The notes below the pieces were generated by a model. The model ran no database searches, had not been told where the DNA came from, and saw nothing but the letters and a program-made list of their open reading frames with translations. DNA of 64,000 bases from Octopus sinensis (taxonomy: Eukaryota), in the NCBI RefSeq assembly GCF_006345805.1, contig NC_043000.1:25296001-25360000 (forward strand). Direction: 5' to 3'. A program made the position numbers and the translations under genes. Each line of letters begins with the position of its first letter. Within the stretch, counting starts at the first letter, position 1. This document shows positions 37,956-52,140 of this stretch, in pieces.

Positions 37956-38419
37956 ACCTGCAGGAAAACTAAAGAGTAAAGACGGATATACCGACACTAT
38001 CCCCTTATTCAACACTATCCCCACCCCTTTGAGGCTTCGTTACAGGCCTTAATAACACCACACACACACACCACCCGCCGCTTTACTCCCACCTACTGGT
38101 GTAGCTTTCTTTCGACCATAGTCCTTCTCTATATATGTCTTTACATCCCTGCTTCTCTATGTAACAATAAAAACCAGAAAACACTAGTAGTTTCTGACGA
38201 GCCCTCGAGCGAAATAAAGCGTTTGTTGTCGCACTCATGTTTATGGATTAAATGTCCTGACCCTCAGTCTTCTTCCTTGGACTTCTTTATTCTCAGTGAC
38301 CTGACCACGTTTCTATGAATTCGTCACTCTCAAGAATAATGTCTGTAGTAAAAGGAATCATTCATGTGCTGGTTCTCTTTTTTTGGTTTTTTTCTAGATT
38401 GCTAAGTGGTATTAGTTAA

Positions 38420-39015
38420 CCCTCATCACATAGAACACACACACACACACCACACACACCACACACACCACACACACGCACATGCACACAAACACACACA
38501 TACACACGCACGCACATACACACACACACAGACACACACACGCGCGCATTTACGCATATATACACAAACGCGCGCGCACGCACATACACACACACGCACG
38601 TCCACGCACATACACACAAGCACACACACACACACGCACGCAGGCACGCACGCACACACGCATGTACATACACGCACAGGCACATATACGCACACACGTA
38701 CACGTACACGCACAGGTATGCACATATACACAAACACACATACACGCACGCACGCACACACGCACACACATACACACACACGCACATACACACACACACA
38801 CGCACGTCCACGCACACACACATAGACACGCACATGCACACACATACATGCACATACACACAAACACACACGCACACACACACACGCACGCACATACACA
38901 CACGACACACATACGAACGCACGTACATACACACAAACACACACCCACACGCACACACACAAACACAAACACACACACACGCGCACATACACACACGCAC
39001 ACGCACACACACATA
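38420..39015. repeat. Degenerate (CA)n/(CACG)n tract
   Basis: Directly visible. Confidence 0.95.
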
Positions 39016-39326
39016 CCAAATGCTTTCAAAACTTTATTTGGGATTGGTTTCACTATACTCAACGTATTTAATATGTTAATGAAGGACGTAGTAATATGCA
39101 AATTTGCATTTTAGTAACATCAAATTAGATTATAAGAATGAAATTAGAAGAGGAAAAGGCTGAGGTAGGTCTAATGTTATGCGCGCGCGCTGTGTGTGTG
39201 TGTATCTTTGTAAATACCTGGTCAAATCATTTAATGTGTGTGTTTGTGTTCATACATATGTTTATGTTTATATACATATACATTTGTATGTATATGTATA
39301 CATATATATACATAAACATATGTATG

Positions 39327-39358
<32 letters not shown>

Positions 39359-39370
39359 CATTTATATATA

Positions 39371-39405
<35 letters not shown>

Positions 39406-40030
39406 TACACGTATATATATATGCATATATATATTATAATATATATATATATAATATATATATGTATGTATGTATGTAGTATGTATGAATGATGTATGTA
39501 TGTATTATGTATGTATATACGTATACACGTACATATACACATATATATATATATGTATGTATATATATATATATGCATGTATATATAGGTAGGTAAATAT
39601 GTAGGTAGGTAGGTAGGTAGGTAGGTATGTATGTATGTATGTATGTATGTATGTATGTATGTATGTATGTATGTACGTATGTATGTATAATGAAAAGCAG
39701 GCCAATAAAATTAAAGCCACTTTAGTCAAATACCATCTCAGGAAATTACATTCCTGTAGTAATGTTTTGTGGCAAATTGACATCGCTACAACAACCAGGC
39801 TATCAACGTTTCTTTTCATTGCAATTAAAGGCCTTATGGGTCTCCATCATGGTTATGATCGTTCACAATTCATTTCATATGTTTTTAAGGTTGTATTCGA
39901 AGTACTCAACTAAAATTGGAGAAACTGATTAAAGTTTCTTGAGAATCTGTTTCTTTGGAAAACATTTTATTCTGTAAACTGAAATTGTGTGATTAAGATT
40001 AGAAACACTCTTATCTTTGCTTTTGTCTGT

Positions 40031-40272
40031 GGAGGCGTGTGGCTCAGTGGTTAGTGTGCTGGATTCAAAGTCGCAAGATTGTGGTTTCGAGTTCAGAGCT
40101 GGACGACGCGTTGTATTCTTGAGCAAAATGTTTCATTTTACGTTGCTTCCGTCCACTCACCTTGCAAAAATAAGTAATTCTGCAATGGACTGGTATCCCA
40201 TCCAGGGGTAGTATATCTGCCACGGAAGCTGGGAAACCGGCCTTATCAGTCTAAATGATTCGAGAAAGATCT
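40031..40272 (+). mobile_element. SINE family C head/core with V-like tail
   Basis: Core cgcgttgtattcttgagcaaaatg...gtccactc, then gcaatggactggtatcccatccagggg...gggaaaccggcc. Confidence 0.75.
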
Positions 40273-40831
40273 TTATAATATCTTTATTTGCCTTGGTCTA
40301 CTAAGTTAAGAGATCTTTGATGATTGATAAAGCTGGTCACTTGAGAGTCGTTAAAGCGTCGGACAGATGGCATCATGATAATAATTATGGCTCTCTACGC
40401 TTCAAGTTCAAATCCCACCGAGGTCAGCGTTGCATTTCAGAGTCGATGAATAAAGTTCCTGTCAGATTCTGGGGTCGATTCTTTTCTTATTCTTTCTTTG
40501 AATCTGTCTGTTTCTCTCGCCTTCTAGAATAAATGGGCTGCAGTCAGACCCAGGGAGGGATGGGCTTTCAAAGACTAAGCAACCATAGATGGGCTTTCAA
40601 AGACTAAGCAACCATAGATGAGCTTTCAAAGATTTAGGCGTTGCTTCCCAGGCCACATGGTTCTGGGTTCAGTCCTACTGCGTGGTACTTTGAGCAAGTG
40701 TCTTCTCCTATAGCCTTGGGCTAACCAAAGCCTTCTGAGTGGATTTGGTAGAGGGAAACTGAAAGAAAACCGTCGTTATTTGTGTGGTGGGAGGGGGTTG
40801 TAGGTGTGAGTGTGTCCCACCACAAGCTTGT

Positions 40832-41136
40832 GGAGGCACATAGCCTAGTGGTTAGAGCAGCGGACTCGCAGTCGAGGGATCGCAGGTTCGAATCTCAGAC
40901 CGGGCGATGTGTGTGTTTATGAGTGAAGCCCCTAAGCTCCACGCGGCTCCGGCAGAAGGTAATGGCGAACTTCTGCTGGCTCTTTCGCCACAAATTTTTC
41001 TCACTCTTTCCTCCTGCATCTTGCAGCTCACCTGCGACAGACCGGCGTCCCGTCCAGGTGGGAAACCTGTACGCCAAGGAAACCGAAAAACCGGCCCTTA
41101 TGAGCCAGGCGTGGTTCGAGAAGGAACAAACAACAA
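40832..41136 (+). mobile_element. SINE family D head/core with V-like tail
   Basis: tagcctagtggttagagcagcggactc...aggttcgaatc, core ctccacgcggctccggcag, tail gaccggcgtcccgtccagg...aaaccggccc...(aac)n. Confidence 0.8.
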
Positions 41137-41320
41137 CCACAGCTTGACAGTCGATTTTGGTGTGTTTACGTCCCGCTATCTTAGCGGTTCAGGAAAAGTG
41201 AACGGATGAATAAATATCAGGCTTTAAAAAATAAATGTTAGGACCAATTCGTTCGAGAAAATTCCTTAAGGCGGTGCTCCAGTATGGCTGCAATCTAATA
41301 ACTGGAAAGAAAATAAAAGA

Positions 41321-41724
41321 GCAGGAGTGGCTGTGTGACAAGAAGCTTGCTTCCCAACCACATGATTCTAGGTTCAGTCCTACTGCGTGGCACCTTGGGC
41401 AAGTGTCTAATACTATATAGCCTCGTGCCGACCAAAGCCTGTGAGTGGATTTGGTAGACAGAAACTGAAAGAAGTCCGTTGTATATATATAGGTGTGTGT
41501 GTGTGTGTGTGTAGGTATTTGTGTGTCTGTGTGTATCCCCCCACCATCGCTTAACAACGCTTGTTGGTGTGTTTACGTCCCTGTAACTTACCGGTTCGGC
41601 ATAAAAGACCGTTAGAATAAGTACTACGCTTACAAAGAAAAGTCCTGGAGTCGATTTGTTTGACTAAAGGCAGTGCTCCAGCATGGCCGCAGTGAAATGA
41701 CTGAAACAAATAAAAGAATGAATG
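41321..41724 (+). mobile_element. SINE family A
   Basis: Full head, core, internal microsatellite and tail. Confidence 0.85.
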
Positions 41725-41759
41725 ATAAAAAAATTATGGTCTAGCATATTTACACACAT

Positions 41760-41904
41760 TTTTTTCTCTCATTGTTTCTTTCTGTGGAAGAGCGTATGTT
41801 CAGAACGTTAAAGACTTTTGCAATTCCCGAGCGTTATACTAATGCATCTGTTTGTTTTCTACATCACCTGTCTTCGTCTGTTGTTTTTTGTGAATTCTTC
41901 CCCT

Positions 41905-41905
<1 letters not shown>
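41760..41905 (+). mobile_element. Degenerate PLE pseudo-LTR related to 36930-37080, with eroded hammerhead (41777-41814)
   Basis: tctttctgtggaagagcgtatgttcagaacgttaaagac...cccgagcgttatactaatgcatctgtttg. Confidence 0.6.
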
Positions 41906-41960
<55 letters not shown>

Positions 41961-41963
<3 letters not shown>

Positions 41964-42322
41964 AAGCTGAAGTTGTCTGTGTATGGCAGGTTTAGTAGCC
42001 TTCAACTAACACTATATCCTCCGAGACCCTGCGGCACAAGTTGACCAAAATTGAGTGTATGATAGAAGAAGGCTTGCTCTTCCTTCCGTAGCAGAAAAAA
42101 TTCAAATTGGACCATGTTACATCGAAAAGGTGCTTTTTTTCTATGAAAATCCCTATTTTTTGCGATTTTTTAACTGCTGTGTCACCATTTTTCGGTGTAT
42201 TTCAACCAGAAAAATGTTCACTTAAAGAGAATAACAAGCTACATAATGCAAAAGTTTTACTTTTCAAAAATTCCAATTCTAAAGGGTCGAAACAAACCCG
42301 ATAACGCCGTGCGATACTGCTA

Positions 42323-42323
<1 letters not shown>
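41961..42323 (+). mobile_element. Non-autonomous Helitron-like element, copy 1
   Basis: Starts ataaagctgaagttg and ends cccgataacgccgtgcgatactgCTAG; embedded in (TA)n. Confidence 0.7.
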
Positions 42324-42366
<43 letters not shown>

Positions 42367-43328
42367 CATTTAAATGCTTGTGTATATGTGTGTGTATGTA
42401 CACATATATTTGTTTGTGTGCCTCTGTGTGTGTCTATGTGTGTCTGTGTGTGTGTGTGTGTGTCTGTCTGTCTCTGTGTGTGTAAGACGATATTTTTGGC
42501 TGCCAAAATATATTTACATATATTCACTTATTGACATGTAAGTGATAATAATTTTCCTTGACAATATTCTCTTAACGTTTCTTCACAGAGTTTGCACTCA
42601 CGATACGTGCCTGTCCAAAGCTATTCATTACTTGGGTGAATTTCTAAAGAAATTTAATGCCTTCAGATTCAATTATAATTTTCCATGACATTATTCTGCC
42701 TATTCCAGATCATTCCCAGTGGGCGAGTCGGGCAGCATCATAATGCCTACTGTTAAACTCTTTCAAATACAATTTTCTGCATTCATTTATTTAAATGCGC
42801 TACACTTTTGTTTGCTTTTTGTTTCTTGTTTTTTCTTGCTTTGTTTTTTGTTTTTTGCTACAATCTATATGATGAAATTCAATTGTCGAATTTATATGGC
42901 ACAAAACGAAGAATTTCAAGAAACATGTGATGGCTTTTAGCGGTAACAATTAATCTATAAGAGGAATACGTAGGCGAGTTTGAGAAGATGCTAATATACA
43001 TATAAGTTGACAATTTATTCTCAGTATATTATTTCACGGGAAATATCGATACTTCAGTCTCAATCATTAGGTTTGAATTTTGGCATCTGATTTATTACAA
43101 TAATTTTTCTACCTTTACCCGATCACCCATCTCCCTAAAGAATTTTCCATAAAATTAGTCTTCCTGAAAAGCCTGCTTTGTTCTTTAATGATATCCTTCT
43201 TTGAATTTCTTTTTATTAATCATTTGGTTAAACATTTAACAAATTAACTAATCTATTATTTGTTTAATCGTTCTATCAACCAAAAATCAGCTGTTTGTCA
43301 AAGTTCTTTGTCTCTCTCTATCTGTCTG

Positions 43329-43364
<36 letters not shown>

Positions 43365-43797
43365 GCTAGCTAGCTATGTAACTGTCCGAAACGGTCGTGA
43401 CATCTGGTACTTGACTGAGGAAAGAAGGCCTGTCTTCTAATTGTTGTTTCTCTTGTCCGCCTTTGTGTTGTCTATCTGTCCGAATGTTTTGTTGTCCTCT
43501 ATTGCATGGGCGATAGGCGATTCGTTCTTGTCTTGAAATTCACGGTCAAACGGCTGGGTGGAATTGTGCGAAAAATTACACAGATGTGTAGAATGATCCA
43601 GTGGTGTTGCTCGGCTTTGTATTTTTTCATAGCTCCCATGGTTACCGAGATAATCTACTATAATAATACTCTTGTGTTTATGAATGAGAAAGGAAGGGGT
43701 GATAGTTGAATAAGGAAGGAATGGGTGATGTCATACTTGGGAGTGGGATGATGAAAATTGTACGCTGAAAAATAAATCAAACTGAAGGAAGCCCGTC

Positions 43798-43835
<38 letters not shown>

Positions 43836-44140
43836 GTGCGTGCATGTGTATGTGTGTGTGTATCTGTGCTTGTTCCCTACTAGTACTTGACAACAGATGT
43901 TGGTGTGTTAACGTCGCCGTAACTAAGCGGTTCGACAATAGAGACCGCTAGAAAAAGTACACGGCTTAAAAAGATAAATATTGAGATCGATTTGCTCGAT
44001 TACAAACCCTTCAATGCGCTGCCCCAGCATGGCCGCAATCTAATGACTGAAACCTGTGAAAGATAAACGATAAAAGATTGGCTCACTCAGGAGGGCACCA
44101 ATAAAGTACTGAGTAACGATTGGTCTTGTACTGATCTCTC

Positions 44141-44532
44141 TCCATATAAAGCTGAAGTTGTCTGTGTATGGCAGGTTTGGTAGCCTTCAACTAACACTAT
44201 CTCCTCCGAGACCCTATGGCGCAAGTTGACCAAAATTGAGTGTATGATAGAAGAAGGCTTGCTCTTCCTTCCGTAGAAGATAAAATTCAAATCGAACCAT
44301 GTTAACACCAAAAATCATTTACATCAAAAAGGTGCTTTTTTTCTATGAAAGTCCCTATTTTTTACGATTTTTTGACTGCTGTGTCGCCAGTTTTCGGTGT
44401 ATTTCAACCAGAAAAATGTTCACTTAAAGAGAATAACAAGCTACATAATGCAAAATTTTTACTTTTCAAAAATTCCAATTCTAAAGGGTCGAAAAAAAAA
44501 CAAGCCTGAGCATCGCTGGGCGATACTGCTAG
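44141..44532 (+). mobile_element. Non-autonomous Helitron-like element, copy 2
   Basis: 5' TC...atataaagctg; 3' hairpin cctgagcatcgctggg, then cgatactgCTAG|T. Confidence 0.75.
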
Positions 44533-44566
44533 TATAAAGAGAAAGCTTAACCATCATCATCGTCAC

Positions 44567-44601
<35 letters not shown>

Positions 44602-44677
44602 CCATCTTCATCATCATCATCATCATCAATAAATAATAACCAATGAATTAATCAAAAGAAGGGGGAAATCGTTATCT

Positions 44678-44708
<31 letters not shown>

Positions 44709-45011
44709 TCATCATCATCATCATCATCACCACCACCACCACTCTGACGAAGACGCACAATGGGGTACGACTTCCACATGTGAGCCGGTGCTGACCACAA
44801 CATGCGCAAACATCTTAGACGTTGGACTTCCGGAATGTTCCTTCGTTCCCTGCACCTGCTTCGCTGTTGTGGGTGTCGACAGTGCAAATGTTTTAAGCGG
44901 GACTGTAAATTGGATATAAGTCTCAATGTAAGTCGAGAGGACGTGCGAAAGAAATAGAAACCAATAAACTAACAAAAACAAAAAAGGAAAAAAGAAACAA
45001 AAAGAGATTCG

Positions 45012-45044
<33 letters not shown>

Positions 45045-45209
45045 ATGCTGTCTTCGTCGCGGTCGGCTCGATCACCATTTCGTCGTCGCTGTCTCTGTCA
45101 TCATCACGATCATCTCTACCACCACTACCACCACTATCACCATTATAATCATCATCAGCACTACTACTACTACTGCTGCTACGATTACTACCACTATTTG
45201 CCGAACTGA

Positions 45210-45315
<106 letters not shown>

Positions 45316-45479
45316 TAGTGGTAATATCCAATTTAAACCGAATTAAAACCTAATTCCAAACGCTCTCCATTTGTCTTTTTTCCTTTCAATGTCTTTTCTC
45401 TTTAACCACAAATCTCCTTTTCTCGCTTTTTCCCTGATTCACCATTTTTCTTGTTCACTCTCTACTTTTGGCGATTGTT

Positions 45480-45515
45480 TCGCGTCGTTGTTCCTGCTGT
45501 TGTTGCAGTGGCAAA

Positions 45516-45549
<34 letters not shown>

Positions 45550-46355
45550 GCTGTGGTGCTGGTGCTGGTGGTGGTGGTGTCGTGTCGTCGTCGTCGTCGT
45601 CGTGGTGATGGTCGAGATGGTGGTTTTATTAGTAGCAGTGGTGGTGGTGGTGATGATGATGATGATGATGATGATGACGACGATGACGACGACGATGATG
45701 ATGATGATGATGATGGTGGTGGTGGCGGCGGCGGCGGCAGCGGCGGTGGCGGCGGAGCGGTGGCAGCGCGGCGGCGGAGCGGCGGCGGCGGCAGCGGCGG
45801 CGGCGGTAGTGGCGGCGGCGGTAGTGGCGGCGGCGGTAGCGGCGGCGGTGATGTTGTTTGTGGTGATGCTGGTGGTGGTGGTGGTGGTAGAGGTGGTAGT
45901 GATGGGGGAGGGGTAGTGGTTGTGGTAGTGATGGCGTTGTTGTTCTTGTTGGTGGTGGTGGTGACGGTGGTGGTGATGGTGATAGTGGTGGTGGTGGTAG
46001 TGATGGTGGTGGTGTCCATTGTTCGTGTTAATGTTCTTGCTGTTGTGGCTATGCTTGATGTTGTGATGACGGTGGTGGCGGTGGTAGTGATGGAAGTGGT
46101 GTTGGCGGTGATGGCAACGGTAGTGTGGCCTATCGTTGATGTTGATGTTGTTGTTGTTCATATCGTTGTTGTCGTGGTTACCGACATAGTAGTAGAGGTG
46201 ACGGCTCCTGTTGTTCTTGTTATTGTTGTTGCCGTGTTTTACTGTTATTATTATAAAGGGGTTAGCTTCAGTTGTAGGTACTGTTGTTGTTGTTGTTGTT
46301 GTTGTTGTTGCTGCTGCTGCTGCCGCTGCTGCCGCTGCTGCCGCTGCTGCCTTTG
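45480..46355. repeat. GC-richer mosaic of trinucleotide repeats (GTT, GGT, GAT, GGC, GCT)
   Basis: Directly visible; produces ~300-codon stop-free frames on both strands. Confidence 0.9.
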
Positions 46356-46502
46356 GCATTGACTGGAAATGTGGGCGGATTCGGGATATTGCTGCAACGA
46401 GGATCGATTACCAAATGTATGTGCAACACAGACAGAACAATCCAGATAATAATTTTTCCCTTCTTTTGTAATTCACTCGTCTTTTGCAATAACACACTGT
46501 CT

Positions 46503-46608
<106 letters not shown>

Positions 46609-46678
46609 TACATACACACAGGCATCCGCCCACCACACACATACTGCTCAAAATCTTCGATTAAGTATTCATTTTAAC

Positions 46679-46709
<31 letters not shown>

Positions 46710-46714
46710 AAGAG

Positions 46715-46770
<56 letters not shown>

Positions 46771-46832
46771 GTGTACGTGTATGTATATACTCTCATTGAT
46801 ATATATATAAATATTATATATTTATATATATA

Positions 46833-46876
<44 letters not shown>

Positions 46877-47004
46877 ATCACATGCACACATACGCATATA
46901 CATATATACATACACACATTTATAAGCGCGCTACGCACACACACACACACACACTCACACAGATTTAAAAGCAAATCAAAGGACATAATACATGTAGTTG
47001 AGTG

Positions 47005-47041
<37 letters not shown>

Positions 47042-47990
47042 TGTGTGTGTGTGTGTAAGTGTGAAGTCATTTTCAATACGTTCGAGTGCAATCGAACGGA
47101 AAAGACCATTCACTGAAGGAAGAGTCCCGGAAGATAATTCTCCATTTAGACTTTTGTAGAAACCCATTTTACATTTGGCTGTGAGTGACGTCACTGGATC
47201 ATAGGACGCATACATTTCTCCGTCGTTTCGCTTCATCAGCTACAAAAACCAGTCGCTAAACAGCCCGGTAAGATTAGTATTTATTTCTAAATTACTGTAA
47301 TTTATTCTAATTTATTCTAATTATTCTAATACGCCAATAAAGAAAAGTACGGTGTTTATATTCACTGGGAGGAGGAGATAGCTTTTCGGTGAGTGACACA
47401 AAATTAGGAAAATACTTTATTAAAATTGCTTTACAAAATAAGATTATTGGTTGCAAATTTTGGCACAATGCCAGCAATTTGGGAATAGGGGTAAGTCGAT
47501 TACATCGACCCCAGTTCTCATCTTGTACTTATTTTAACGGCCCCGAAAAGTTGGAAGTTAAAGTTGATCTCGACGGAATTCGAATTCAGAATGTAAAGAC
47601 GGACGAAATACCGCTAAGCATTTTGTTCGGCGTGCTTATGAATCTGTTAGTTCAGCGCCTTAAAGTCGACCATTAAGGCAGAATACAATTACTAACTCTT
47701 TAAAATATCACCAAGAACTTTATTATTCCACACAACTATACGCGACTCAATTAAGATAATATATTAATGAATCATTAGAAAGTTAACATTTTTTATCTTC
47801 AAATGTGATTTTCTTTTTGTAAGGGTTGGAACATTAAACAAAGTTTTCTTAAACAATGGAGGGTTAGTAACCACTGCTAGAAATACCAGTTAAATCTTTC
47901 TCATGATCCTTATGATCGAAAACAATCGATGATATATTGGTTGAAGTAGTTTCAGATATTTAACGTCTTCGTAAACACGATATGATCATT

Positions 47991-48415
47991 GGTGCAGGTG
48001 TAGTTGTGTAGTAAGGCGTTTGCTTTCCAGCCACGAAGTTTTGGGTTCAATCTCACTGCGTGGCATCTTGGGAATATGTCTTCTACTATAACCACAGGCT
48101 GACCTTGTGAGTGAATTTGGTAGATGGAAACTGAAAGAAGACCGACATATATATACATATATGTATGTGTGTGTATGCGTGTGTGCACGCGCACGTGTGC
48201 GTGTGCACTCAAACGTGTCTCGGTGTCTCTGTCCTCTACTACCGTTTCACTTTACGGCCTATAACCTAGCGGTTCGGCAAAAGTAAACCGATAGAATAAG
48301 TACCAGACTTTAAAAGAAAGAAAACAAAAGTACCGAAGTCGATTCGTTCGATTACAATTCTTCAAGGCGGTGCCCCAGCATGGCCACAATCTAATAACTG
48401 AAAGAAGTAAAAGAT
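47991..48415 (+). mobile_element. SINE family A, diverged
   Basis: Head, core and tail (ggcggtgccccagcatggccacaatc) are recognisable. Confidence 0.75.
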
Positions 48416-48503
48416 GGAATATAGCAGGAATATCTTTGCTCATAGCTCTATCCACTCTGGTCTGACCTAGGGCTATACAACAACAACAACAACAAGGCTG
48501 CTT

Positions 48504-48947
<444 letters not shown>

Positions 48948-49472
48948 CGCCGCTTATAGAAGCTCCGTAGTGAACCTACTCAAGTCCTAAGTGAAGTAAA
49001 TAAACGTTGTTTGATAAGCAAAGCTTGAGAGTTGATGATTGAAACGTTTATAGTAGCAACAGCAGCTTGGATAACAGAGACATCGCCACTTCACAGCAAC
49101 GTCATAAGGAATGACTACAAGTCAAATCAAAAACTTTTATATCATTGGTCTTTAGATCATTGCTAATCGATAAATGAGAAATGTGGAAGTATATCTTAAA
49201 ATATTGGGAATAGAATTAGAGTATTCGTGAAATACTACACCGGATTCAGAAAAATATGTCAATCAAGACTTAGTACGCGTAGTAAATCGATATCTCAGAA
49301 TGTCTTTACAGTATCATTAGAGCTACATATCGATATTTAAGATATTCTATACAGGCGGCTAATTGGCACAAACGTTGGAGTGTTGTGCTATTTAATTACC
49401 TCCCCTTACCTTCAAGTTAGTACCAAGCATGTTCACCTATTTATGTAATAAAATAAATATATTCGTCCACAG

Positions 49473-49745
49473 TGGCACTCCGTCGGCGGCACGGTGGCAC
49501 GACGACGAGGGTTCCAGTTGATACGATCAACGGAACTGCCTGCTCGTGAAATTAACGTGCAAGTGGCTGAGCACTCCACAGACACGTGTACTCCTTCATG
49601 TAGTTCTCGGGGAGCTTCAGCGTGATACAGTGTGACAAGGCTGACCCCTTTGAAATACAGGTACAGCAGAAACAGGAAGAAAGAGTGAAAGTTGTGGTGG
49701 AAGAGTACAGCAGGGTTCACCACCACTCCCTGCCGGAGCCTCGTG
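49473..49745 (-). mobile_element. SINE family D core with tail X (a second tail X fragment at ~49836-49940)
   Basis: Minus strand tccacgaggctccggcagg...tgtacctgtatttcaaaggg...gacggagtgccac. Confidence 0.8.
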
Positions 49746-49751
49746 GATACA

Positions 49752-49782
<31 letters not shown>

Positions 49783-49783
49783 C

Positions 49784-49836
<53 letters not shown>

Positions 49837-49949
49837 GTGGCACTCCGTCCGTTACGACGACGAGGGTTCCAATTGATCCGATCAACGGCACAGCCTTCCC
49901 GTGAAATTAACGTACAAGTAGCTGAGCACGTGCAAGTAGCTGAGCACAA

Positions 49950-51360
49950 TTCCCGCCAACGGTGTCTCTTCCGCTGCCGGTGGCACAACCCCTACCGACG
50001 AGGTTTCGGGACATTCCGGTGCTATGTCACCGACTGCTGGCAATGTCCCGTTGTTGTTCCTCTTCCTCATTTTTTTTCTTCTCAACTGGGGGAGAGTGCG
50101 TCTCCTCCGTAACCGGGAGATTCGCCTCCCCTCCCTCATCCTTAGGATCCTTCGGTGAGCACCAATTCTTGCGACCCTTCTTTGAGGAGTCCTCCACCTC
50201 CTCGGCCGCCTTTGTTCCTTCTTTTACAGAAGTCGCCATCAACTGCTCCAGGAATTTGCTTTGTTCCTGAGGACAGTTCTTTCTTTATATGGCCAGGCTC
50301 CAGGCACCGATGACACCTGGGGGGGGTCTCAAGAATCACCGGGTACCTGCACCCGGCCATCCTCAAAAAATCTGGAAAAACCAGATTATCGGCTGATTGT
50401 TTCCACAGAGTCAAAACTGCTTTCGACCCCACCCGAATCAGCCGCAGGCAGAATTTTTACATTTAAGAGTTTGGTTTGCTGCCACCCAGACCCCGACGTA
50501 TAGTGTCTGGTATCTATTAGGGATCTATTCCGGGTGGCAGCCCACATACCCAAGCTCTTGTAAATTTCCTCCCACCATATTTGGGGAAAAACAGAATTTT
50601 CTCGACCCTCCCTAGGGTTGTCAAACAGCAACCACACCGTTGCATATTTGACACCCCTTGCAATAAACTTAATAGTTGGCATATATTCTGCCAACCCCTT
50701 TTCAATGTCCGCCTGGGAGAACACAGTGATAGTATCGAGGGACTTAGAATATGTCCTCAACACCACCGTTCTCCCATTAAAGTTTTTCCCCACTGCTCGA
50801 GGGCCACAATTTGCCACTCCAATACAGTGTTGTTGTTTTTTTGTCATGCTTGCAAAAGAAAAAATAAAGAAAAATGTTCAACACAAAATCCAAAATGTTC
50901 CAAATAAAAAGTCCAATAAAGCACAAAAAAGAACAGAAAGACAGAGCAGAGAAAAAGAACGAAGGAAGCCAGTTCAATTCACGGCAACACAATTCCGCCA
51001 CTCAGGTAATCCACGGGAATATAGGTACTCCAGTTCACCGTCGCAGCACACAAAAGTTCCTCCACGAATTCATAAATTTTTCAAATTTTGGCATCGAGAC
51101 ACGCCCACCAAAACAATAATTCTTACAGCTAAGTGAGCCACTCGGCGTGACCGCAGCAGACAAATGTCTAGGACCCAGTGAGAATTTCTTATTCGAGAAA
51201 AAAACAATATCAAAAAATTTTAATTCTCCACCGAATCCCTAAAATGACAGATGTTTACCTTGCAGTCGCGCCTTCAACGGTTTTTTAAATTCAAGACGGC
51301 TTCCAAGCACGTCTTGACAGTGTTCACTCTCGTAACTGATTGACAAACTCACGCATGCGT
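49950..51360 (-). mobile_element. L1/Tx1-like 5' region and decayed ORF1 (gag-like zinc knuckle)
   Basis: GRTVVLRTYSKSLDTIT...IEKGLAEYM...; YPVILETPPRCHRCLEPGHIKKE (CCHC-like), followed by an acidic/basic low-complexity segment. Confidence 0.6.
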
Positions 51361-52012
51361 AAGCGAGGTAAACAAGCTACACAGCCACTCCTGCGCCTAT
51401 GCTAGAGTTGAAACCTCCAAATCCGGTCGGTTAGTGGCTGCGGATTTCTGCTTTAAAACACGAATTATTATCCAAGAATGAGATAGCCAGAATAACAAAA
51501 AATATCTACGTAGCAATCAAGTAATATGCAATCAAGTAGTATGCATGTGATCGCAATCCCAGCTCACAATAGTTTGCAAGGTGAGCTCAAGTTAAATGAA
51601 ACCACAAAAACATTTCCTTCTAATATTTCGTCAGTAAACTTAGTTTTATGCTCAACTGATGCGGAGATAAAAGTGTGGTAATCACCTGCTCGAGTTAGTC
51701 CTTTTAGGCAAGCTCCATAAATCGTTAAACTACTGGCAAACTCCTTTAATGCCGAACATCTACAGGCAATTTCGGAAAGATTAAAAGCGTCCACTAGCTC
51801 TTCCGATGATTTACAGGTTTTTGAAAAGCGTTTTTTTTTCTTTAGACCACAAAGAAGTAGTTTCGCGGGTTGGACACCGAGGTCGGATATGTTTCAGAAG
51901 TTGAAAATTCTGCTCTAGCGACATCAGTGTAGTATGAAAAATCACCCATAACCACGTGCTTAGCCTACGACTGAAGTCAAAGCTGCGTTTTGAAAGAGAA
52001 GTGATTCCGGTT

Positions 52013-52051
<39 letters not shown>

Positions 52052-52140
52052 TGTGTGTGTGGTGTGTGTGTATGCGTGCGCGTGTTATATATATATATTT
52101 ATAATAAGAGTAGATCGTATACGAGTGGGTATATATTTGT

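Noticed and set aside
38190-38232. CTGACGA-GC-cctcga-GC-GAAAT hammerhead-like string
   Set aside because: Only a 2-bp stem II and no stem I partner; single copy here. It could be an eroded motif but is unsupported.
40559-40632. 29-bp direct repeat x2.5 (gatgggctttcaaagactaagcaaccata)
   Set aside because: Head-to-tail with no spacers; a simple local slippage duplication.
47225-47239. Minus-strand CTGATGAAGCGAAAC
   Set aside because: No room for stem II and no downstream UH or stem I.
51564-51895. ~110-codon non-repetitive minus-strand open frame (also 18631-18993 and 39635-39913)
   Set aside because: No recognisable motif or convincing paired splice sites; lengths are within chance expectation.
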